A DNA stretch of 64,000 nucleotides from Trichoplax adhaerens (lineage: Eukaryota > Animalia > Placozoa): positions 2,871,454 to 2,935,453 of the forward strand of contig NW_002060946.1 in assembly GCF_000150275.1 (NCBI RefSeq), written 5' to 3'. The notes under the pieces were generated by a model. It saw only the letters and a list, made by a program, of their open reading frames with translations, did not search any database and was not told the origin of the DNA. A program made the translations under genes and the position numbers. This document shows, one piece after another, positions 53,369 to 64,000 of the stretch. Each line of letters opens with the position of its first letter. Within the stretch, counting starts at the first letter, position 1.

Positions 53369-56300
53369 ATGTTAACTCCAAAATTTGAGGTATCACAAAA
53401 TGATCAATTCATCATCATTGCCATCAAAGTACCCTATGGAAAAGTGAGTAATGAGATGCTTGCATGATATAGATAGTATGTAAAATTCACGTATGTTGGG
53501 TTGCTAGTAGACGTAACGGTATGCCAAATATTTGCTGATTGTAATCGTCAAATTTTATACTGTACGACAATAAAGTGTGCTAAGAATACTTCATCAATTA
53601 AGCTGTACGACTATATTCACTAGAATACGAGCATTATCTATATTCGATTTGCTAGTCGATTGTAATAATCTTAGTCAAATGATAAATCTTTCATCTTAGT
53701 CATTTAAGTATCTTATCATAAGGTGAGAGATACGTAAGGTGCTAGGCTAGCCTTGAGCACAAGTAAAAAAAGTTAAATGATAAGGCTATACAGCACTGAT
53801 TGGCGATAGGCTCTAGTAGTCTGCAATCGATCAGCTAATTTTTTCTAGTTATCGAATTTATATTATTGAGTCAGAAGATATCTATCTTGCATACAATTAT
53901 ACAGTAATCAACAGAATATGAGCATTGTATATGACATATAGATTCGATTGCTAGTCTGTAGATTGTAATATTGCCAATCAAATGATTTAACCTTTCATGG
54001 AGCCCTTAAGTGCTTTATGGACATGATAGGATGAGAGATGTATGCGTAAGGTGCATGCCTTGCGAGTTAATAAATTATATGGCTATACTGATTGTCCATA
54101 GACTTTAGTGGTTTGCAATCGATCAGTTTGTTTTCTAGTTATCGAATTCATATTATTAAATCGTAAGATATCTAGACTTCATTACTAATAGACTGTCGTA
54201 ATTTTTAGCGGAATGATCCATTTGGAGACAACCACCACAATTTAGGTGTTAACGAAAGAATACGCTAGCCCTATGTATAAGATTATGTATGCTCGATTGC
54301 TAATGATAGGAAAAAAAATATATTGGCATAAATAGCATATCCATTTCATGACCGTTTGATATTTGTTATACCTTAATAGTAAGCTGTGCTGTGCCGGCAT
54401 GTATATCCTATTATAATAGTCATTATTGGCACCTAGTGTATAAGAATAAGCTTTGATTGTAATTACTAATGTATGGAATGGTAAAGCAAATTTATCAAAC
54501 ATAACTACAGGGGCAGTTTGAAATGAAAGCTAAAATGACTAAACAGATGATAAAATATACATAATTCCACTTTGTAGGTTGCAGATATGGAAATCTATGC
54601 AAAAGATACTGAATTTCTTTTCCATATGCATCCATATTTCTTAAGGTAATTATGAAAAAATTTCTCTTAGTTATACGAAACATACATCAATTAGTCTAAA
54701 CGAAAGATGGAAAGTAAATCAATTTCAAACGGTGTTCATACATCTGTATGTTAACTGAACAGAAAGTAAATATTCTTACGGCTTGTTACTTTTATAGTCT
54801 GTACTTCTCCATATTCGATAACCGACATGTGTAAAGTATCAGATTCTATTTCTTGCATAGCTAGTGTGGACTGTATGATAAAATACTTGTAGTAACATAA
54901 TGGAAAGCAATCATATCATTAAATAATTTTCCAGGCTCAATTTACCAGGCTCTGTTGTTGAAGACAGTAGACAATCTGCAGCATACGATATTGATCAAGG
55001 TATTGCTACTGTTGTATACTTACTAAATAGGTTGCATCAGTTTATAGTAATGGCATTGAAATTGGTCTCGTAGATCTTTATCGCTAAAGATGTTTTCATA
55101 TTTGAACATAATGTATTATACTTTCTATATATGATACTATATAGGAACTTGTACGATAAATTTACCAAAAGTAAATGAAGGTGAGCATTTTGAAAGTTTA
55201 GACTTGTTGACGACCCTTTTAGCACAACCTAAACAACAGAAGTACAAGCCCTCATTGATCGAAGTAATTAATTCAGGTAACAACAGATTCATCTTCATTT
55301 TTTACGACACCATAGGCTTAAAGTATTCATTTAATTACGATTTTGTAGCGGATGAGGATAGCAAAGAGATAGATGTTGACGATTTTGACTGGCAACTGGA
55401 GCAGAAATTAGCCGATAATGATGTAATTGCTACGATTAGAACTATTCTCCTAACAATCTATTTTATACAACACATGAATAATTAACGAGATCTTCCTAGA
55501 CCGATTCCCGAAACGAGCTTTTTTCTCAAAAATACGGATTCGCAAATCGTTATAATGGTGTTTTTTCTTGTTTACAAGTTAGTTGCATACCCAATTCTTA
55601 AAGATGATTGAAAAAATTTAAGTTCAATCTTTTTTGACCTTATAAGATAGTTTCTATAAATAAAAAAATCGTACATTATTGCATAGGAAAACTTGTTTGA
55701 TATTATCGATGTTCCTGAACCTGAAAGAATGACTGCAGCTGAAAGATCAACCGAAAGAATTGCTGCTGAAGATGAATACTTTAACGAGGATCATTATCTG
55801 TTTGTAGCTTTTAACACTAACGTTATACGTAATTATATGGGGAATAGCGAATGATTCAATTTTAATCTTGCCTTACATCCCTAAGTGCTGACTTTATGGA
55901 GAACGAACAAATAAAGCAATTAATAGCATTTATAACTCCTTGGCAAGAAGCTTGCGATATCATAGATAGCACATATGATGTAAGATTAGTAGAAGAAATG
56001 GTGTTGATAGATAATGGCTATGTAAGATTTAATTAGTAGTAATAGGCTAATACGAATATCTTTCCATCATTACTTTCTGGATTTTAATACTATATTAAGA
56101 AGAATAAAGATGAAGTAGACATTGATTACAGTGCCAAGTAAGGCTGCAAAGATTTTCTAAAGCTGCTACTATATTTGATGTATTAGATTAATATCATATC
56201 TTTTAAGAAATCGTATTTATATGTATAACTGTGTCCTATTCTGCCACAGGTGGAATTTATTCTCAGATGAAGAAAAACAGCAACTGAGAGAATTACCAAA

Positions 56301-57824
56301 TAAAGAATGTAAATATATGTATACCTTTAATTAATTTCTGATTACTCGCCAAAATACTGCTTTAAATCGATCATTAAATCTCATTAATACTAAATGCCAT
56401 AGATGTCTTAATTCCATTATTTGTCTTTTTTGATTTATCAATTTTAGATTTATTAGATAAATTAGAAGACTATCAATTACTACTCGGTTTAATCGACATT
56501 ATATTTGCATATGCTTACAATTACCGTACGACCGAAGGTGAAAATACCGTAAGTGAAGAATAAAGTATACACATTACTCACCTGAATTTTTATTTTAAGT
56601 AATCTAAATGCAATTTACGCTTTTACTAAGTACACTTATGTATGATTCTATTGATTTAATTATATGATTTATATCGTACCTCCACTTTGTGATTGTTTAT
56701 TTATACACTGGGCTCTGCACCTAAAGTTGAATTATCATTAAATCGAAACGTTCTTAGGTAGAATCTGCATGGACAATTTGTAAAATAAGTTCGTCTTTAT
56801 CATGGCTGGAGGTAATTATTGGAATCTTATATTATTCGCATTAAGCTTCCCTTAATTTAATTATACTACTTTGAGGCATGATATTATACCACTAATCGTG
56901 GACAACCGAAGCTTGAAATACTGTAAAGATGATATAAATTTATAACGTAGGTTTTCAAGCGATTTCAAAGTGTATTAATAGCATGCTGCAGAAGAGCTCT
57001 ATGCTATCCTTTATACAGAAACTGGGATTTAATTCAAGTTATTCTGAAGGATGTAACAACTATTTTCCGACTAGGTAGGCTGTGGAAAATTGCTGATCTT
57101 ACATCTATTAATTTATTCGTATATTATATGTAAATCATAATAATCCTGCAGACCCTTGCATTGTGTGTACCTTCAGAGTATTTTCATTCATTTTTTTAAC
57201 AGGTAAAAGATATATTCTGAAATGTTTATTAGAAATTCGACAAATTCTTAAAAATCACGAGAATAAGTATATTCTAAATGACGTTTATATTACTGATTAC
57301 TGCGTTTGGATACAAAAATTAAGGTTAGATACATGGCATAATTTATACACAACTATCTGCATATAGTTAATATTAATCTATTCATAAAGCGCTAAAAACT
57401 GAAATAGATTTTTCAAATTTGGTGATAATACTTTGTGCATATACCTTACGATCATGAAATACTGTATACGAAAATTTGACGATCGTTGTTATAATTTCTT
57501 TTTATAGTAATGCTAAGATCCGGTTCATTTCAAAAAAACTAAATCAGGTTGGACTCGAATAACTAACTAAACATCTTATATTAACTGCAATTGAATAATA
57601 TTTAGTATCAAGTCATTATTAACTTACAGGCAACAATAACTAAATCAGCTACTGGATGGGATATCGAATTGCTAGAATACGCGGCGCTAACAGTACGGGA
57701 TAACTATAGTGATCACAGTAGTGAATCAGTTTTAAGTGAAGATTCATCAGAGGAATCTTCTGATTGTGATTCAACCGATAACGAATCAAGCTTGGATGGA
57801 CTATCGAACGAGGAAGATCGATAG
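53369..57824 (+). CDS. SHQ1: SHQ1, H/ACA ribonucleoprotein assembly factor
   Basis: Exon 1 53369-53443 MLTPKFEVSQNDQFIIIAIKVPYGK; 54578-54645 ..HPYFLR; 54935-54999 LNLPGSVVED; 55145-55276 LPK..GEHFESLDLLTTLLA; 55349-55422 DFDWQLEQ; 55500-55577 KYGFAN; 55687-55799 ..EDHYL; later exons give [72 protein letters not shown], an acidic Ser-rich tail, and TAG at 57822-57824. Confidence 0.93.
53622..54174. repeat. Diverged ~290-bp tandem duplication in SHQ1 intron 1
   Basis: Units ~53622-53884 and ~53913-54174 share ATTCGATT.GCTAGTC, CGTAAGGTGC, TGCAATCGATCAG, TTTTCTAGTTATCGAATT.ATATTATT, AAGATATCTA. Confidence 0.82.
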
Positions 57825-58309
57825 AATTATACATCATTTAACTGTTATTTAATTAATCACATGATGTAGTGCTGTATCAGTAAATCTGTATAATCATTTA
57901 ACTGAAAAACTTTAGAAGCTAGAATGATTTATAAGGATAGCGTATAATAAAAAAAGTTTAAATTATCCGGAATACTTGTTGTTTTATACGACATCCATAA
58001 AAATTCGTTTTCACGAACAAGTACAACATCACATGAATTAATTTGTTTATGCATTGTACATATTGAGATAGTCAAAGGGTACACTGATTATGTATGAGGA
58101 GCGTAAAATCAACATCAAAATATAAGTATATTCCCGTACAGAACTATTAGATAAATTTGGAAATACATAATAAAAAAGTTTTATAATTCTCGGCACTTAT
58201 GCATTTAGAAACGGAGTTAACAATAATGGATAGATTTTTCGAAAGTTATATATGCCAAAGCAATCTTAGATTTGTAGCGAGGAATACAAGAAGCCATCTT
58301 TAGGATCAA

Positions 58310-61300
58310 CTAGTCATCCAATGTATCGTATCGCTTCCTCGACTAATCAAAATAATGATAGAAAATCTGTTACTACCATCGTCGCTGTAGAGGTACAGCA
58401 AGCCACCGAATCAGAATGAAAGGATCAATACTTAAACAGTATATTGTACGTAGCCTAACTACTATATGGCAAATAGAGCATTTCGATCTACTATTTAAAA
58501 ACACTTTACCAATTTTTTGAGAGCCTCCTGATATGAGTCCCCCGCCGATACACCATAGTCACTACAATCTGCACCTAACCCAGCAGTTGCAGACCTTACC
58601 TGTGCCTATTAAGTTGAAAGAACGCAAAAATATTTGCAGAGTTTTTATGGCTTAGCTTAACCGGAGTTTCGCATTACTACAGTATAACGTTTTATCCGTC
58701 TTGCGTACCGATATAGGTGCTGTAATCCCTTGGTTCGCTCTTCCAAGGCCTTCACCCTCTGACCAACCCATCGCCTACGAAAGGATCCATATATTAGAAT
58801 TGAAAAAATAATACACTTACGAGAGTAAAATATATCGGAGACAAGAATTGATGTAGTAAGCAAATGAGCAGCTTAGCGTACGTATGACGTAAAAATTTAT
58901 TTACAGATTCAAATAATTTGCCAGTACCTTCAACATTTTATTCCCTACATTTGATCCTGTCAGGCCATGTTTCGTTGGTTGTTCATATTTTCTAAAGTAT
59001 ATTACGTTTTACAGTTTGTAGATTAGTGTGAGAATCATGATAAAAATTCCATTGGTACGTCCATGATATCCTACGTTATGTTCTGCTGCCTTGATTTCCT
59101 TCCAGGGCCTTCCTTTACTTTATCCGGTTGACCGTACAGTTGCCTTCTTTCTTTTGCACGATCGCGATAGAGTAACTCCTACCACAATTTAAAATACACG
59201 TAAACTAATTATCAATTTAACCTTGGATTTGGACATAAGATTACGAAAGACAAAACGAACTTGATTTTCTAGTTTAGCGTTATGGGCTTTCAAATTTGTC
59301 TAAACGAAAAAACATAAACATAACCGTTACAAATTAAAATTGAAATAGAATAATTTTCCAATTTGTAAAACCATCACCTTGTGTAATCCTGATAACTCTA
59401 CATGCTTCATTAGCGTATCTTTACTTGAAAACTGCCGTCGACATAGTAAACAAGCAAAACGATTTAAATCTAGTAATGATTCTGGCGTTACCACAACAGA
59501 ATCAAGCATAGGAAGATCTAAGCTCGCCCCGCTGCCATAAGTTACAGCACCGCGGGATTCAATATCTATATCGTCAGCTTTATGAACTTCTTCCTGAGAT
59601 GCCTGCAATTAAAATACGTAACATTAAAGTGAAAGGAAATACATATACTCATTATTGCTTAGTAGATCATTCGTAATCATGTATCTAACCAGATTATCTT
59701 TAGCTGTCGAGGCAATATTGGCGAATATAGCCTGTACTGTCTGGTTATGAGTAGAAGCCTCCGGCTGCTTTGAGCCGATAGGAACGAACCCTTTAGACTT
59801 TTTGGCAGAAGCCTCGTCGGGTTGTTGTACTTTAAATGTAGTAGAAGTTTTCGCCCAACGTTCCATGTCTTTCATAACCTATGTACAAATTATTTTGAGA
59901 TAATAGTCTACGGTGATAAATTACTTTGTCCAGCATTTTCTATTCGACTGATACTACCTTTTTGGCAGAGAAAGAGATTTTTATCTTGGATGATTTATCT
60001 ATAATAAGATACAAGTTGGCGAAATCAAGCTAAAGTAGTAAAGAGATTCACATACTTGTATAGCATATATACCTTTTTCCATCTCAGCATCACCACCAGC
60101 TTTAGAGGCCGTATCCTTAGTATCTCTAGAGAACAGATTTATTTTTATATTTGTTAACGAGAGCCAAATGATAGAAATAGAATATATTTATCATTGTTAT
60201 AATTACCCAGTATTAGATACGGGAACGTAAGAATTGGTTTCACTACTCCAATATAAATACTGGCCAGTTGTGCTGTTGTAGAAATACTATGATATAACAC
60301 GAAATCAGAATATTAATCAACGAATATCAAAATTTCAAGATTATAAAATTTACAATATTACCTGAGAATTTGGGTCATAGTAAAGTCCAGTAGATGGATA
60401 ATAATAATAACCCGTTTTCTCATCATAGGTGTACTGGGCATTATCTACAATTGATAATCACAACAATTCGAAACGATCATCATAGTTATTCCGAAAACGT
60501 TGACTTATTTTTTAACGATGGTTAGTTACCTGTGGTGTCTTGCTGCGACGTACTTTCTAAAATTTTGAGATTTCAAATATTGATTTAGCTTAAAGTCTTT
60601 AAAAAACGTTAGCCAATATGTATATAAGCATACCGTACGAGCTTGCTTCTTGCTTATTACCGGATGACTAAGTAAAGAAATTAGATTAGTAAATAAACAG
60701 TAGCAGTAACGTTAAGTTTATGATCACAATTTCGTACCACAGTCTGTTCTGTCGAATTACTTGCTGATGATGAGGATGGCTGAGCGGTCTTAGTAAGCAA
60801 ATCGTAATGATAATGAACAAAAAATTGATATAACAGCATTACATCACTGCAAGGTCGACACTTACTACAGACCACGCAGCTGCAGCAATAGCAGCAGCTG
60901 CTAAATTCTTCCTGCAATAGAACAGTAGCGCGGTGTTATATTATTCAATCAATTACAGATTTATCTAAAAAATAGCAAACATTACTTAGCCGTTGATTCA
61001 AAGGCATCCGCTCTTCCATAGGATATGACCACTGTTGTTGATCGTTATTAAAACAAATGATTAGTAATGAGGTATTACTACGTACTACATACGCAGCGCA
61101 ATTGCAACTTAATTCACTGCATACATATTTTATTTTAAATACATCTGTACAGTAAAATATTATCTTGCGTAAATATACGAGTATGTATATGGAAAAATAA
61201 ATTAATTAGTTCCTTTAACGACTGATAGCGAATGCGTGTACATTCTATGGATAAATTTCACAAAAGCTATGCCATCTTTCCGATTTTGTCAATCGATTTC

Positions 61301-64000
61301 GAATAGTACCTTCTTTATTATCTATCTTGAAAGGATACTCCAATTTTGATATAGTTTCCGCAATCGCAATTGCTATCTGCAGGTTACGCAATAAAGGAAT
61401 TAATATCATAATTAATAAAGGGAGACTACTTATATAGTTAATACACTATAAATCGTAGCACAAATAATGGCATTATCTAAATTATTGAAAACGAGTTTAA
61501 ATACTGTAATTACAAGTACCTTTATGGACGGCAATCTTACAAAACAAAATCCTCTTGATGTATTTGTAAGTTCGTCTTTCATTATTTTAATTCCATCGAC
61601 TCGTGTTGCATCAATCTGCTTTAATGACTGTAGCACCTATTGAAAGGAATATTAAAGAAAGTTTACTTTCTACTTAAATATAAGTACATATAACTACTGC
61701 TGTTAAACGCATAATTACTAAATAAGAAACAAATGTATACTTACCGATTCCTCGCGAGTTATAACATCAAGTCCTCTTACAATCAAAACTGAATAATAAA
61801 CATAGATGAGTCATGAATTACTTTTAAGTAACTTGTCAGTTTCATTAAAGTATTGCGTTAGCAAATTTACCGTTTGTCGGTTTGCTGCTGACATCATCTC
61901 CTCCATCCAATTTAGACTCATTACTTCTAGACTCTAATTCTAGAGAAGCATTAATTTTAAAGATCATTAGAGATCTGTAAGAAATTCAGTAAATTAGGCA
62001 AGGAATCACAGATAATTATCCCAGTACAAGAAATTCATTCATAAGCGCTGATTATCAATACAAGTAAAATAATTATTTACACCTAAGGGTTACCTGGTCG
62101 AGTAGCCTTGCACATCATGCAAACTCTTCTTATTTTGAAATTGAAATGGCCACACTAATTTACATTTACAGGTATGATTGGTGTTAGAATGTTACATTAT
62201 ACAGTCGTAGTTAATGCACATAAAGTGCAGGCAATGTGAACATTTGTTACTATTCATATGCTTTGTTTCCGTAACACAGAAAACATGACAGAATACGATG
62301 CCAGTAGTTCGTTAACGGTAACACCTAAGGGCTGCGATGCCCTACTAAGTAGCGGACGTTATTAAATCGTATGATAGTTTCGTCTTCATTTTACGAACTT
62401 TGCTACACGTCCAGTCTCGGGGTTTGCTGTATTCGAGATAAGCATTTTGCCCTTGGATTCTTACCATACGCTAACGTAACCGTAAAGATAATTAACCGGG
62501 TTAATACAAGTAATTATGCTTTGAATTTCCAATGTCCTTCCCAATTTTGACACCAAATTATTTATGAGATTTAAGGAAAACTGCGCTGACAGCTTGACTA
62601 GAGTTAGGCTTATTACCCTACTGTCGTCCATCCATGCTACTGCATTTTTTAATTCGATGAATTCTACGAAAGCAAATCCTCTAGATTCCCCTGCGCAAAT
62701 AAAAACACGACAATATTATATCATAGCTAGCCTAACAATACAGCAGTTGATATGCTGTATGCGTAATTATGTACTTCAAATATTTTCATAATATAATCTA
62801 TGCTACAGTATGCATCATCGCTCCACAAATAGGCGCACCTGTTTCTTTATTGCGGATAAGCCTTACATCCTTTAGAACATGCTGTTGATCGAAATGGTCC
62901 TCAATTATCTTGGAAATCTATAGATAAATGATATCACCGAAAATTTAGTCTACTTCAGTGAAACTACCATTTAGCAGTAAATATAAGCATTGATAGGATC
63001 GCTATATAGAAAATAATACATACATGTTTTTCGTCTACTTTGTACGCTAAATTACGAATAACGATTACACGATTAGGCTCTTCTCTATGATCGCGATTGT
63101 TCCCGTCCCGATTTCGTCTAGATTGTCGTTCGTCATCGTAGCTGCCTCTATCTGTTTCATCTTTTCTGTTATCCTTGCTATTATCGTCGTATTCAGGCCG
63201 TGTATATCTTCTCTTATTATCGACTCTCTAAATAAAAAAGTAAGAGTAGCGTATAACTTGTACCGTGGACAAAGTATAATTTTTTCCATAGGAATTAGTA
63301 TAGTAAAGTCTTGAGATGTTCAATTTGAATAAAACAAAAGTAATAAGTTTTTCGCCAAGATAGTAATTCAGGTAAATAGCTTTATTATACACTTTATATC
63401 GTAGTTACCTCATCTCTACGAGAGTACCCCATGTCAGAGCGGTTGCTGTAATCTGGTGGGCTACGAGAACGCCTTCTATCTCTCCTACGAGTGTAATCCG
63501 GGCTCCTCGATCTATAACGAGAAACCCTTGGACTGAGGCGTTGTCGATCGAATCTTCTTTCATAATATCGTGGACTAGGAGATCTTGCTCGACTGCTTTC
63601 GTTATAGTTTCGTCGGTTACTTTCGTCACAATAATAGTTATCACGTTCGTTACTAAAATATTGCTTATCTTGGGAGCGACGGCCCTGTTGACGGTAGAAA
63701 TCCTCATTATTTCGCCGATATCTAAGGAAGAATATTCTCGTTAGAAAATAGATCATTCAATCTTCCCAACTGCTGTAAATACGCAATCTCAGTTGCGATC
63801 AAGATATTAATTTATGACCGAAATACCTCTACTAAGGAATTGACTCCGTAGTAGGTACAAGTACAGTAAAAGCCTATTTTAGTTGATTACTTCTAATTGA
63901 TGCTGACACTAGATGATAATAATCATGACGCGTCATTGAACAGTTGCTTGTACCTTTCTTGATTATCTGGAGGTGGGTAATCCCTAAAGTCAGAATATTC
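58310..64000 (-). CDS. RNA-binding protein RBM5/RBM10 family splicing regulator; 5' end beyond the right window edge
   Basis: In-phase exons encode an RS-rich N-terminus (63409-63721), RRM1 ([11 protein letters not shown], ~62620-63070), RanBP2 zinc finger (DWTCSK|[15 protein letters not shown], ~62095-62420), RRM2 (TSRGFCFV), [15 protein letters not shown] ([29 protein letters not shown], ~60210-60445), KDMERWAK, C2H2 ([16 protein letters not shown]), [10 protein letters not shown]-patch ([19 protein letters not shown]), and stop TAG at 58310-58312. Confidence 0.94.

Noticed and set aside
1-64000. CRISPR arrays, tRNA/rRNA genes, operons or prokaryotic defence systems
   Set aside because: The sequence is intron-rich eukaryotic DNA. 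The tandem repeats have only two units with no repeat-spacer pattern, and I saw no tRNA cloverleaf or rRNA-like segment.

Overview
AT-rich eukaryotic (animal) genomic DNA with many short GT-AG introns; nothing here is prokaryotic, and most short ORFs in the track are exon fragments or noise. Base composition, compact introns, a metazoan gene set and ACAGT-pentamer tracts suggest a placozoan (Trichoplax-like) genome, which is an inference. By manual splice-aware translation I recover eight genes: an M1 aminopeptidase N-like ectopeptidase (minus, runs off the left edge); three tandem, 13-exon DBH-like/MOXD1-type copper monooxygenases (plus); UBE2N/Ubc13 (minus); PNPLA8-like patatin phospholipase (minus); SHQ1 (plus); and RBM5/RBM10 (minus, runs off the right edge). 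The main points of interest are these. (1) The first monooxygenase paralog has Arg in place of a CuH histidine ligand (LVRH instead of LVHH), so it may be a pseudo- or altered enzyme, and all three paralogs end in GPI-like tails. (2) The aminopeptidase has non-canonical amine-recognition motifs (SAMEN; Ala at the Q/E amine-binding position; PLHDEP). (3) There is a three-copy TGT...ACA element with 5-bp target-site duplications (solo LTR or Ginger-like non-autonomous element). (4) A conserved ~0.6-kb non-coding block lies between the paralogs. (5) There is an RFX X-box upstream of paralog 3, plus several hairpins and ACAGT tracts around UBE2N.
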